From NCBI GenBank assembly GCA_036733505.1, contig DAINAJ010000001.1, positions 9,615-73,614 of the forward strand: a stretch of 64,000 nucleotides of DNA, given 5' to 3'. Numbering within the stretch: position 1 is the first letter of the stretch; the number at the start of each line of letters is the position of its first letter. Made by a program: the position numbers and the translations under genes. Shown one piece after another: positions 17,284-26,707 of the stretch. A model generated the notes under the pieces. It ran no database searches and was not told where the DNA came from. It saw only the letters and a list, made by a program, of their open reading frames with translations. The stretch comes from Casimicrobium sp. (GTDB taxonomy: Bacteria; Pseudomonadota; Gammaproteobacteria; Burkholderiales; Casimicrobiaceae).

Positions 17284-17901
17284 TTATCTGAATTTGGCGA
17301 GACGACTGGACAAATCGCGCGCAAAATGGTCAACCGGATCGACGTGTGAACTGTGGCCGCCCGCCGCTCCGAATGAAGCCTGAGTCGACTCCTGCTTACG
17401 CAGCAGGCCTTCTACGCCGTTGCGCACTTGCATAACGCTCGCCATACCTCCTCCATACAAAACATCAACCCACCGCTCCAAGCACTCAACTCTCGAGGAA
17501 AAACTCACCCGCGACGTGCGCTCGGCTAATCCAAACTCTAACCACAGCGTGTACAAATTATCATGGTTGCAGCGGCTCGCTAGTTCCCGGATACTGCTTT
17601 CAATCATCACGTTACCGTGACTAAGTGCCTGCTTAGCGCCTAGCAGACTCCGATAGAGATTGACCAAAGGGGCGACGACGTAAACGAAGACCAACGTAAA
17701 CGGTGCCATGATGGGAGTGAGTATGATCTGGCCGATGCGTCCGCCAACGGACGTCGCCCATCTTTGGGGAAAGGCTGACCGCCAAGTTAATTTAGCCTCG
17801 GCGTCTTCCAAGCGTGTTTCCGTGAAATTACGCAGCTCGGCGACGCCCCTGTACTCGTTCGCGATACGAAGGCACTTTTCAATTTTTTGTGTCGATTGCA
17901 T
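17284..17901 (-). CDS. Hypothetical protein with one hydrophobic segment (ORFan-like, AT-richer codons)
   Basis: ORF from ATG 17901 (MQSTQKIEK...); the longer track ORF overlaps the antisense strand of the next gene. Confidence 0.55.
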   Translation of the reverse strand: MQSTQKIEKCLRIANEYRGVAELRNFTETRLEDAEAKLTWRSAFPQRWATSVGGRIGQIILTPIMAPFTLVFVYVVAPLVNLYRSLLGAKQALSHGNVMIESSIRELASRCNHDNLYTLWLEFGLAERTSRVSFSSRVECLERWVDVLYGGGMASVMQVRNGVEGLLRKQESTQASFGAAGGHSSHVDPVDHFARDLSSRLAKFR

Positions 17902-18145
17902 CGCTGTAACTACGCCTATAACAAAGCTACACCTTTGAGTCAGAGGGCGGCGGCGCATATTCGCCGCCGGTAGTGAACCAATATAACCCGAGATGTTCTT
18001 CGTCCTTCGAGGAATCAGATGACGGACGGTCGGCGGAACAAACATCGTCATAGCATTTTTAGCCTGCGCTGCGTCACCACACCCATTCGTTTCGCCTACC
18101 CACACGAGTAACATTCCGCTATCCAAACCCACCCCCAAACCGCCC

Positions 18146-19435
18146 ATGCCAAACTTCCCCGACGCCCGTGAAACTCGTTCTCCTGCTGACCGTGAGGCAG
18201 AGCTCTTTGCTCGCCTTGGTAAGCAGATTGCGCATGCGAAAAACGCGACGGCCGCGTTCGCAAAGTCGTTGGCGAACGTTGATCCTTCGAGCGTAACGTC
18301 GAGGGCGGAGTTGGCGAAACTGCCTGTGATTCGCAAGAGCGAATTGTTGGAACAGCAACAAGCCTCGCGCGCCGGAACAGCAGAACCTAAGGGCGATCCG
18401 TTCGGTGGCTTCGCTGCAATGGGCTGGGGTGCGCATGCCAACAAGGCAGCGCGCGTGTTCGCGTCGCCCGGTCCGATTTACGAGCCGGAAGGCCACGGCG
18501 CGGCGGCGTATGCACGCACCGCGCGAGGGCTGTACGCGGCCGGGTTTCGGGCGGGCGATTTGGTGCACAACACGTTTAGTTATCACATGACGCCCGGCGG
18601 ATGGATCATGGATGCGGGCGCGGTTGCGCTGGGTTGCACGGTGTTTCCGGCGGGCGTGGGCAACACGGAGCAGCAGATCGCGGCGATGCTCGATTTGCAG
18701 CCGACCGCGTACACCGGCACGCCGTCGTTCCTGCGCATCTTGCTCGAGAAAGCGGACGAACTCGGCACGCCGATCACGAGCCTGAAGCGCGCGTCGGTGT
18801 CAGGCGAATACTTCCCGCCGCAGCTACGCGAAATGCTCAAAGCGCGCGGCATCGTTGGCACACAAACCTACGCGACGGCGGACTTGGGGCTCGTCGCGTA
18901 CGAAGCGCCGGACGCGAACGGCGCAGTGTCGGGAATGGTGATTGATGAAGATTTGATCGTGGAGATTGTGCGTCCCGGCACGGGCGATCCGTTGCCAGAG
19001 GGCGAAGTCGGCGAGATCGTGGTGACGACGTTCAATCCCGACTATCCGCTGATTCGTTTTGGTACGGGCGACCTGACCGCGGTGCTGCCCGGCGCGTGCC
19101 CAACGGGCCGCACGAATATGCGCATCAAAGGCTGGATGGGCCGCGCCGATCAGACGGCGAAGGTGAAGGGCATGTTCGTGCATCCATCGCAGGTGGACGC
19201 GGTGGCGAAGCGTTTTCCGGAACTCGGACGCGTGCGTCTCGTGTTGACCAATCCGGACCAGAAGGACGCGATGGCGCTGCATGCTGAATGCGCCGCGCCG
19301 AGCGATGAATTGAAAGCGAAGATTGCGACGACGCTCCGGGACGTGACGAAGCTTGGCGGCGACGTCGTATTCGCGGCCGTCGGCGCGCTTGCGAACGATG
19401 GCAAGGTGATTGATGATGCGCGGAAGTACGAGTAG
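18146..19435 (+). CDS. Phenylacetate--CoA ligase family AMP-binding protein (PaaK-like)
   Basis: FASPGPIYEP, FSYHMTPGG, YATADLG, IRFGTGDL, GRADQTAKVKGMFVHP. Confidence 0.85.
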   Translation: MPNFPDARETRSPADREAELFARLGKQIAHAKNATAAFAKSLANVDPSSVTSRAELAKLPVIRKSELLEQQQASRAGTAEPKGDPFGGFAAMGWGAHANKAARVFASPGPIYEPEGHGAAAYARTARGLYAAGFRAGDLVHNTFSYHMTPGGWIMDAGAVALGCTVFPAGVGNTEQQIAAMLDLQPTAYTGTPSFLRILLEKADELGTPITSLKRASVSGEYFPPQLREMLKARGIVGTQTYATADLGLVAYEAPDANGAVSGMVIDEDLIVEIVRPGTGDPLPEGEVGEIVVTTFNPDYPLIRFGTGDLTAVLPGACPTGRTNMRIKGWMGRADQTAKVKGMFVHPSQVDAVAKRFPELGRVRLVLTNPDQKDAMALHAECAAPSDELKAKIATTLRDVTKLGGDVVFAAVGALANDGKVIDDARKYE

Positions 19436-19469
19436 ATGGACGCGTGCGCGTGACGTAAGCGTTTCTCAT

Positions 19470-19587
19470 TGGCTTTTAGGTTGGAACGACATCCTGGCGG
19501 TCGTTTGCGCTATATTTTTCCTTAAGTCGATAAGTGCATTAATTCGCACGCAACGGCCATCTGGCTGTCGGTAGAACGTAAAAGCTG
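19470..19587. repeat. 118-bp dispersed palindromic intergenic element, copy A
   Basis: 56-bp arms around central GTCGAT (19526-19531); arm motifs CTTT, CGAC, GG..GTT at fixed offsets. Confidence 0.85.
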
Positions 19588-19601
19588 TAACCGAATAAAA
19601 C

Positions 19602-20738
19602 ATGAGTACTACGCCCGAACCTTGGCCACCGACTATCACACTAGAGCGCAACGGCGTGCGGCTCGAACCGCTCACACTCGCGCACGAAGCGGAGCTTGCG
19701 GCTGCGGCGGCAGACGGCGAGCTGTGGAACATTCGCGTCACGTCCGTGCCCGAGCCGCAGGAGACGCGCGCGTACATCGAAGGCGCATTGAAGCAACGCG
19801 CAGACGGCAATCGTCTCGCGTTCGCGGTGATTGACATCGCGGCCAACGGCGGCAAGGGCAAGGTGATCGGCAGCACCAGCTATCACGACATCATGCCCGG
19901 CATCAAGCGCGTGGAGATCGGTTGGACTTGGTACGCCAAATCGTATCAACGCTCGCATGTGAACACGACGTGCAAGCTCATGCTGATGCAGCACGCATTT
20001 GAGGTGCTCGGGTGCGCGGTTGTCGGCTGGCGCGCGAGTCACATGAACCTTGCGTCGCAGCGCGGGCTTGAACGCCTCGGCGCGAAGCGCGACGGCGTGC
20101 TGCGGCACCACGCGCCGATTCGCGACGGCAAGGTGCGTGACACGGTGATGTACTCGATGCTCGCGGACGAGTGGCCAGCGGCGAAGGAAAAGCTGGAAGC
20201 CAAACTCGAATCGGGTCACACACAAAGCGCTGCGCCAACAGACGTAACGCTCGCGCCAATCACCGTCGACAATTTATCCCCGGTGCTCCGGCTCAACCCC
20301 GGCGCGATCGGCGAGCGCATGGTCGCGACCAACGCCATCTCCATCGCACAGGGCGCACACAGTGCCAATGCCGTGCCGCGCGCGATCATGGTGGCCGACA
20401 AGATCGTGGGATTTCTCATGCTCTACGACTCGACACTCGATCCCGCGCTCGCAGCTAAAGACGAAGCGCACAGCGACAGCGTCGATCTGTGGCGTTTCAT
20501 GATTGATTTTCAACAGCAAGGCAAAGGCTACGGCGGGGCCGCGATTTTGCAGGCTGCACATTACGCCGCCACGCGCCCCGGCATCACCAAAATGCGCCTG
20601 TCGTACGTCCCCAGCGAAGGCAACCCTGCGCCGTTTTACAAGCGCATGGGTTTCGTCGAAACGGGCGAAAAGGACGGCATTGAGATCGTGATGGAGCAAG
20701 CGCTGGACGCGCTGCTTCTTCGAGGCAGCCAACCGTAG
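19602..20738 (+). CDS. Tandem GNAT N-acetyltransferase (RimJ/RimL-type domain + second GNAT domain)
   Basis: VEIGWTWY...NLASQRGLERLGAKRDGVLR; second domain LWRFMIDFQQQGKGYG...FYKRMGFVETG. Confidence 0.85.
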   Translation: MSTTPEPWPPTITLERNGVRLEPLTLAHEAELAAAAADGELWNIRVTSVPEPQETRAYIEGALKQRADGNRLAFAVIDIAANGGKGKVIGSTSYHDIMPGIKRVEIGWTWYAKSYQRSHVNTTCKLMLMQHAFEVLGCAVVGWRASHMNLASQRGLERLGAKRDGVLRHHAPIRDGKVRDTVMYSMLADEWPAAKEKLEAKLESGHTQSAAPTDVTLAPITVDNLSPVLRLNPGAIGERMVATNAISIAQGAHSANAVPRAIMVADKIVGFLMLYDSTLDPALAAKDEAHSDSVDLWRFMIDFQQQGKGYGGAAILQAAHYAATRPGITKMRLSYVPSEGNPAPFYKRMGFVETGEKDGIEIVMEQALDALLLRGSQP

Positions 20739-20825
20739 GGTGAACGCCCGTGCCCCCACAACCGCGGGTAACAGGATGCGTTCGCGGGCCAACGATTGGT
20801 GGGCACGGCATGGCCGCAGGGCTAC
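20735..20825. repeat. Degenerate GTAG-type REP pair
   Basis: GTAGGG..CCGTGCCC ... GGTGGGCACGG..GGGCTAC inverted arrangement after a stop codon. Confidence 0.4.
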
Positions 20826-20910
20826 GCAGGGCGCGTAGCGTTGTAACGCACCGGAAACATGGCTCCGGCGCGCGCGTCAGTCGATTAACAAGCGCCGACG
20901 AGGCAGCTGG

Positions 20911-21252
20911 CTATTTGGCGCACTGGCACCCGACGCCGCGAGCGTCGCCCTCGACCTTGACGTCTTCGCCAGCCTTGAACCTCAGGTGTCCCTTCCCTGT
21001 TCGCGCATGGGGGTAGACGATGACGTCACACTTACCGAAGGCCTTGATCTGGCGATCTTTGCCCGCCATTTTTGTGTCGGTGAACACCTTCGAGTAATTC
21101 GGCTCCTCGCCCGTCAGGTTGGTGTTGAATCGCGTGAGATGGTTGTTTTGAATCACGCCGCCGTCTGAGAATTTGCATTCAGCGTGAACAGTCGCGCTCA
21201 TCCCCGCCACCAACGCGGCGACGCAGAGCATCAAAGATGATTTCGTAAGCAT
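20911..21252 (-). CDS. Small secreted Cys-containing hypothetical protein
   Basis: Strong SD AAGGAGG; MLTKSSLMLC...VHA signal peptide; 4 Cys in the mature part. Confidence 0.7.
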   Translation of the reverse strand: MLTKSSLMLCVAALVAGMSATVHAECKFSDGGVIQNNHLTRFNTNLTGEEPNYSKVFTDTKMAGKDRQIKAFGKCDVIVYPHARTGKGHLRFKAGEDVKVEGDARGVGCQCAK

Positions 21253-21462
21253 TTTCAGTGACCTCCTTGAATCCGTACCATTTTTGAAAGTACCTTTGGG
21301 CAAATTCAGTGCTCGTTGCAATTGCCCCCTCGGCAATTTCAGTGTAGCAAATACTAAGAGTTATCCGATAGTCCTTCGCGCGTCTTTTTCGCGCCGTGCC
21401 CTAAATGAACCTTGCAGAAGCCAGCAACGAACTCCATCCGCGCCTTCTGCGACAATTCGCTG

Positions 21463-22635
21463 GTGCTGATCGACTTTTTCTACCACCTCCGTCATCGCGG
21501 CCTAAAGCCCAGTACGCGAGAATTTTTGACGCTATTGGAGGCGCTCAAAGCGGACGTGATTTCGCCGTCTATCGACGATTTTTATTTTCTGTCGAAGGCG
21601 TCGCTGATCAAGGACGAAAGCAAGTTTGATCGCTTTGATTTTGCGTTCGCAGAGTATTTCAAAGGCATCAGCGACCTCGTCGATCTGAAGACCGCGATCC
21701 CGGAAGATTGGCTCAAGAAAGTCGTCGAAAAAATGCTTACGCCCGAAGAGCGCGAGAAGCTCAAGACGATGGACTGGAACGAGCTCATGGAGACGCTCAA
21801 GAAGCGTCTTGAAGAGCAACAAGAGCGCCACCAAGGTGGCAACAAATGGATCGGCACCGGCGGCACCTCGCCGTTCGGCGCGTATGGCGACAACCCGGCG
21901 GGCATTCGCATCGGGCAAGACAAGAGCCGCATGCGCAGCGCAGTGAAGGTGTGGGACGAGCGACAGTTTCGTGATTACGACGACAACGTCGATTTCAACA
22001 CGCGAAACATCAAGGTTGCGCTGCGTCGGCTTCGTCGCTTCGCGCGCGAAGGCGCGGTCGACGAATTGGATTTGCCGCACACGCTCGAAGAAACCGGCAA
22101 GAATGCTGGCATGTTGTCGATCCAAATGCGGCCCGAACGGCGAAACGCTGTGAAGGTTTTGTTGCTCCTGGACATTGGCGGATCGATGGACGATCACGTT
22201 GAGCAGGTCGAAGCGCTCTTCTCCGCCGCGAAAACCGAGTTCAAACGTCTGGAGCATTTCTACTTCCACAATTGCCTCTACGACTTCGTGTGGAAAACCA
22301 ACCGCCGCCGCACGACCGAGCGAACGTTGACGATGGATCTGCTGCACAAATACGGACCGGACTATCGCGTGATCTTCGTCGGCGACGCCGCGATGAGTCC
22401 CTACGAGATCGAGATGGAAGGCGGCAGCGTCGAATACACGAACAGCGAAACCGGCAAGGCATGGCTACAACGCGTGACGAACCACTTCAAGCGCGTGGCG
22501 TGGCTCAACCCCATGCCGCCGCGCTCATGGGAATACACGTACTCGACCGACATCATCAAAAAGATCATGAACGAGCGCATGTATCCGACGACGGTGCAGG
22601 GGCTAACGGACGCTATGAAGGCGTTGGCGAAGTGA
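21463..22635 (+). CDS. VWA domain-containing protein (CoxE-like family)
   Basis: RHQGGNKWIGTGGTSPFG; MIDAS-like DIGGSM; IFVGDAAMSPYEI; WLNP. GTG start 21463. Confidence 0.85.
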   Translation: MLIDFFYHLRHRGLKPSTREFLTLLEALKADVISPSIDDFYFLSKASLIKDESKFDRFDFAFAEYFKGISDLVDLKTAIPEDWLKKVVEKMLTPEEREKLKTMDWNELMETLKKRLEEQQERHQGGNKWIGTGGTSPFGAYGDNPAGIRIGQDKSRMRSAVKVWDERQFRDYDDNVDFNTRNIKVALRRLRRFAREGAVDELDLPHTLEETGKNAGMLSIQMRPERRNAVKVLLLLDIGGSMDDHVEQVEALFSAAKTEFKRLEHFYFHNCLYDFVWKTNRRRTTERTLTMDLLHKYGPDYRVIFVGDAAMSPYEIEMEGGSVEYTNSETGKAWLQRVTNHFKRVAWLNPMPPRSWEYTYSTDIIKKIMNERMYPTTVQGLTDAMKALAK

Positions 22636-22961
22636 GTTTCGACGCTCCGCTCTTCATAAATTCCGGTCTGCCCTTCGCTCAAGTCGCGGAGACAATTCAC
22701 CGAGTGGCGTTTCCTGATTTCGATTGTGAAGAGCGCGACGGGCTCAATGTTGGAGGGGGAAACTATTTTCGATTCCGTCGAGACCGCGACCAAGTGATCC
22801 TCGTTTGCAACGACCTCGCACATGGCGAAGTTTTCGTTCCGGAGCGAAGCGAATATCCGTTCTACTGTTACTCGAATGACGATGGGGATGCGGTTCTACA
22901 GTCCGCGAAAACCGCGTTGCTTCGAGCCGATATCAGCTGCGATATTCTGGCGATCGACTAG
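22632..22961 (+). CDS. Small acidic hypothetical protein
   Basis: GTG overlaps the VWA stop (GTGA); 109 aa MSFDAPLFINS... Confidence 0.6.
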   Translation: MSFDAPLFINSGLPFAQVAETIHRVAFPDFDCEERDGLNVGGGNYFRFRRDRDQVILVCNDLAHGEVFVPERSEYPFYCYSNDDGDAVLQSAKTALLRADISCDILAID

Positions 22962-22972
22962 ACTGGAGAGCC

Positions 22973-23059
22973 GTAGCCTCGATGCAGCGAAGCGGAATCG
23001 AGGAACCGCACAACACCGATGTCACGCTCCGCGATCGCACTTCGTTTCATCGCGGCTAC
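22973..23059. repeat. GTAG-type REP doublet
   Basis: GTAGCCTCGATGCAGCGAAGCGGAATCGAGG ... CACTTCGTTTCATCGCGGCTAC; a related copy lies at 58967-58996. Confidence 0.65.
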
Positions 23060-23071
23060 AGCACTCCCGGC

Positions 23072-23176
23072 GTCATTCTCGGCGCAGCCGGGAATCCAGA
23101 AACATGCAACGATCAGGCTTCGTTGATGCGGCGCTCACGTGCTACCGACTGGATACCCGCCTTCGGCGAGTATGAC
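23072..23176. repeat. GTCAT...ATGAC palindromic intergenic repeat (CGTC-type REP-like)
   Basis: GTCATTCTCGGCGCAGCCGGGAATCCA ... TGGATACCCGCCTTCGGCGAGTATGAC. Confidence 0.65.
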
Positions 23177-23251
23177 GCCAATTTTCGGCATCAGTGACGG
23201 TTGTCGCGTGTGGCTGATATAAACGCATCAACGAGCCACGCACATCCCACC

Positions 23252-24064
23252 ATGCCCAAATTCGCCGCCAATCTCTCAATGCTCTACCCCGAGCTTGATT
23301 TCCTTGATCGGGTCGCTGCGGCTGCAGCTGATGGCTTCAAGGCGGTGGAGTTTTTGTTTCCGTACGCATACGACGCGAATGTGCTCGCGGCGAAACTGAA
23401 AGAAAACGGCCTACAGCAGGTGCTGTTCAACGCGCCGCCTGGCGATTGGGAGAAGAACGAACGCGGCATGGCGTGCCTTCCTGATCGCGTGGATGAGTTT
23501 CGCGCGAGCATCACGACGGCGCTGCGTTATGCCGACGTGCTCAAGTGCCCGCGCATTCACGTAATGGCCGGGTTGGTGCCCGCGGGAACGACGCGCGAGG
23601 CGCTGCGCAGCACCTATGTGAACAACCTGCGCTACGCCGCAGCAGAGGCCGCCAGGCACGGCGTGAACCTGATGATCGAACCGATCAACACGCGAGACAT
23701 ACCAGGCTTCTTCTTGAATCGACAGGACGACGCGCATGCGCTCGTCGAAGAAATCGGCGCGCTGAATGTGCAAGTGCAATTCGATCTCTATCACTGCCAA
23801 ATCGTCGAAGGCGATGTGGCGATGAAGATTCGGAAGTACCTGCCCACGGGCCGTGTCGGTCACTTTCAGATCGCCGGCGTACCCGAGCGCCACGAGCCCG
23901 ACATCGGCGAGATGAACTATCCCTACCTTTTCAAAGTGATCGACGAAGTGTCGGCCGCGTGCGGTTGGGACGGCTGGCTTGGCTGCGAATATCGCCCGGC
24001 GCGTGGCGCGGCGCCCAATGGCACGAGTGACGGATTAGGCTGGATGCGCGCTGCGGAAGGCTAG
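23252..24064 (+). CDS. Hydroxypyruvate isomerase family (Hyi / 2-oxo-tetronate isomerase OtnI-like)
   Basis: [50 protein letters not shown]. Confidence 0.88.
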   Translation: MPKFAANLSMLYPELDFLDRVAAAAADGFKAVEFLFPYAYDANVLAAKLKENGLQQVLFNAPPGDWEKNERGMACLPDRVDEFRASITTALRYADVLKCPRIHVMAGLVPAGTTREALRSTYVNNLRYAAAEAARHGVNLMIEPINTRDIPGFFLNRQDDAHALVEEIGALNVQVQFDLYHCQIVEGDVAMKIRKYLPTGRVGHFQIAGVPERHEPDIGEMNYPYLFKVIDEVSAACGWDGWLGCEYRPARGAAPNGTSDGLGWMRAAEG

Positions 24065-24582
24065 CGCACGGCGCTGAAAAAACTCGCGAATTTAGTGGCG
24101 ATAATTTCGGGCGAAACGGGTCCGACGTGCTTAGCGCGAATAATGCCTTCTGCATCGATCAGAAACGTTTCTGGCGCGCCGTAAACGCCCCAATCGAGCG
24201 CGGCTTTGCCATCGGGATCGAATGCGCTCACGTTGTACGGATCACCCGTTTTACGCAATACATCCAAGCCAAGTTCGCGCTTGTCTTTGTAGTTGAGCCC
24301 GACGATCGTGACCTTGCCCGATTTTTGCAGGTCCATGAGGTCAGGATGCTCGTCTTTGCAATTCGGACACCAACTCGCCCAGACGTTCAGCAACCAAACT
24401 TTTCCCTTCAAATCTGCGGGCGAGATTTTTTTGCTGGCGTCACTCAGTTGTTCCAACGAGAACGCCGGGGCGGCCTTCCCGATCAGCGGCGACGGAATCT
24501 CGCGCGGATCGCGAAAGAGGCCAAAGTAGAGCACCGCGGCGAATGCGAAAAACGCGATGGGGAGCAGAAGTTTTTTATTCAC
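24061..24582 (-). CDS. ccmG: Thiol:disulfide interchange protein DsbE/CcmG
   Basis: [27 protein letters not shown]. Confidence 0.92.
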   Translation of the reverse strand: MNKKLLLPIAFFAFAAVLYFGLFRDPREIPSPLIGKAAPAFSLEQLSDASKKISPADLKGKVWLLNVWASWCPNCKDEHPDLMDLQKSGKVTIVGLNYKDKRELGLDVLRKTGDPYNVSAFDPDGKAALDWGVYGAPETFLIDAEGIIRAKHVGPVSPEIIATKFASFFSAVR

Positions 24583-24587
24583 GACGG

Positions 24588-25040
24588 CTACTGTTTCAAC
24601 GTTTTCGCGGACATTTCGCGGGCTTTGTTGGCTTGATCAACGGCTGCTGCAGCCTCGGGTGGCATGTAGTTTTCATCATGTTTCGCGAGCACTTCGCGCG
24701 CCCGGAACACACCGTCGTCGCCGAGTGTGCCTTGCGCGACCACGCCCTTGCCCTCTTTGAATAAATCAGGAAGGATGCCGCTGTACGTCACAGGCACAAT
24801 CTTTGATGTGTCCGTCACTCGAAAACTCACATTGATCCCGTCGCGCTTGACGCTGCCCGCTTCCACCATGCCGCCCAAACGAAACACGCGGCCTGTCGGC
24901 GCTTCTTTGGAGGCGATCTGCGAAGGCGTAAAGAAGAACACCAAATTTTGGTTGAACGCGGTGAGCACCAGTGCCACCGCGCCGGCGAGCACGGCAAGGC
25001 CGCCAAGAATAAGTGCGAGTCGTTTTTGCTTAGGCGTCAT
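24588..25040 (-). CDS. ccmE: Cytochrome c maturation heme chaperone CcmE
   Basis: GILPDLFKEGKGVVAQG, LAKHDENY. Confidence 0.95.
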   Translation of the reverse strand: MTPKQKRLALILGGLAVLAGAVALVLTAFNQNLVFFFTPSQIASKEAPTGRVFRLGGMVEAGSVKRDGINVSFRVTDTSKIVPVTYSGILPDLFKEGKGVVAQGTLGDDGVFRAREVLAKHDENYMPPEAAAAVDQANKAREMSAKTLKQ

Positions 25041-25054
25041 AGCCGTTGTCTTGT

Positions 25055-25222
25055 TTAGGCGTCATCGTCGTTGTCTTGTAATGATTGGATTGCACGCTTT
25101 CGAGCGCTGCGCAGGGCTACAAGTTCCGCAACAACAGCCACTGCGAGCGCACCGTAGCTGCCCCACACAAAAAAACCGCGTCCGCCCATCGCCCAAAACG
25201 CGCTCCACGACTCCCAGATCAT
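25055..25222 (-). CDS. ccmD: Heme exporter protein CcmD
   Basis: MIWESWSAFWAMGGRGFFVWGSYG; ATG overlaps the ccmC stop. Confidence 0.9.
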   Translation of the reverse strand: MIWESWSAFWAMGGRGFFVWGSYGALAVAVVAELVALRSARKRAIQSLQDNDDDA

Positions 25223-25995
25223 TTGCTGGCCTCCTTCACGGCGGCAGGCAACCATGCGGCGTTACGCTCGCGTTCGATAATTTCCGTGCGCAGGCGATAC
25301 ATCGATGCGGCGATGCAGTATGCCCAGAAAGCAAACGTCATGACCATCATCGCGGTCAGCATGGTCGAAGCCATTGATGAGCTACCAGGGCGAACCGAGG
25401 AGCCTTGATGCAGTGAGTTCCACCACTTTACGCTGAAATAAATGATGGGCACGTTGATCGCGCCAACCAGCGCGATGAGCGCCGAAGCGCGGTCGCCCTT
25501 TTTCTTGTCATCAAACGCGGCAACGAGGGCCATGTAGCCGACATATAAGAAAAACAAAATGAGCGTAGAAGTCAGCCGCGCGTCCCACACCCAGTAAGTG
25601 CCCCATGTCGGGCGGCCCCAAAGCGCGCCCGTCAAAAGCGCAACAACCGACATGATCGCGCCGGTGGGCGCAAGCGCATGGCTCATCATGAAAGAAAGGC
25701 GCGTGCCAAGCACTAAGCCCGTGGCCGCCCAAAACGCCATGGCGAGATAAATCACCATCGCCATCCATGCCGCGGGAACGTGAATGAAAATCACGCGGTA
25801 AACCTCGCCTTGCGTCGCATCTGTTGGTGCGACAAAAAAACCTAGGTACAGCCCAATGGCCGCGAGCACAATCGCAACGACCCAGCACAATTTTTCGATC
25901 TTGCCCGCCAGGGGGTAGAACGTTGCAGGTGCGGCGTAGCGCCAGAACCAGCGTCCGCTGAATTTTTCGTTTGATTGTTGTTCAGTACGTGCCAC
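25219..25995 (-). CDS. ccmC: Heme ABC exporter permease CcmC
   Basis: HVPAAW, WGRPTWGTYWVWDARLT (WWD motif), KWWNSLHQ. Confidence 0.95.
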   Translation of the reverse strand: MARTEQQSNEKFSGRWFWRYAAPATFYPLAGKIEKLCWVVAIVLAAIGLYLGFFVAPTDATQGEVYRVIFIHVPAAWMAMVIYLAMAFWAATGLVLGTRLSFMMSHALAPTGAIMSVVALLTGALWGRPTWGTYWVWDARLTSTLILFFLYVGYMALVAAFDDKKKGDRASALIALVGAINVPIIYFSVKWWNSLHQGSSVRPGSSSMASTMLTAMMVMTFAFWAYCIAASMYRLRTEIIERERNAAWLPAAVKEASK

Positions 25996-26032
25996 GAGAT
26001 GGGTTTCTCTGTTTTGCCGCTTTTGGTGCCGA

Positions 26033-26707
26033 TTAGTCGGTGCTGATTCTGAGGGCGGCTGCGGCCGCCAACGGGCACAATGCTAGTGCAAGCAGCATGA
26101 AGGCGCCCTGAAGCGCAAGCTCCGCCATGGGCGACTCGCCGTAGAGCACCTTGAGCGCCGCGCCAGCGCCGAAGATAAGTGTTGGTACGGTCAACGGCAA
26201 AACAAGTACCGCCGTCAAGATCGCACCGCCTCGCGCAGAGACCAACAACGCGGCGGCGATAGCGCCGATCAGGAGCAATGTGGGCACGGCCATCAACACG
26301 GAGAGCGCGAGCATGCCAGCCACATCAAACGGCAACGCGTAGAACAGCGCGAACACCGGCGTAACGGCTGCGAGCGCTACGCCCAACGCCAGCGAAAGCG
26401 CCGCGACGCGAGAGAGAATCAACGCAGCGAGCGGCTCGGTGGAGGTTAGCATTAGCTCGAGCGAACCGTCACGCGCATCCTCGTCAAACAAACGCGGCAA
26501 GGACAGCATCGCGGCCAACAGCGCGCCGACGAAAATCACTCCGATACCGATAAGTTTGAGGCGCTCCGATTCACTGCCCACGGCAAACGGAAAGAGCGCA
26601 CACACGATCAAGAAGAACACGAGCGGATTGGCCCAGTCGCTTTTGCGTTTGGCGAAGAGTTGCAGTTCGCGGCGAAACACAGCCCCGGTGGCGCCACGCA
26701 AGCTCAT
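26033..26707 (-). CDS. ccmB: Heme exporter protein CcmB
   Basis: LFPFAVG, RLFDEDARDGSLE, LVLPLTVPTLIFG. Confidence 0.92.
   Translation of the reverse strand: MSLRGATGAVFRRELQLFAKRKSDWANPLVFFLIVCALFPFAVGSESERLKLIGIGVIFVGALLAAMLSLPRLFDEDARDGSLELMLTSTEPLAALILSRVAALSLALGVALAAVTPVFALFYALPFDVAGMLALSVLMAVPTLLLIGAIAAALLVSARGGAILTAVLVLPLTVPTLIFGAGAALKVLYGESPMAELALQGAFMLLALALCPLAAAAALRISTD

Noticed and set aside
17900..17930. Integron attC-like GTT/AAC motifs upstream of the ORFans
   Set aside because: No properly paired R and L boxes and no integrase
17902..18444. Upstream part of the 386-aa ORF 17284..18444
   Set aside because: It overlaps the PaaK-like gene antisense; a plausible protein starts at ATG 17901
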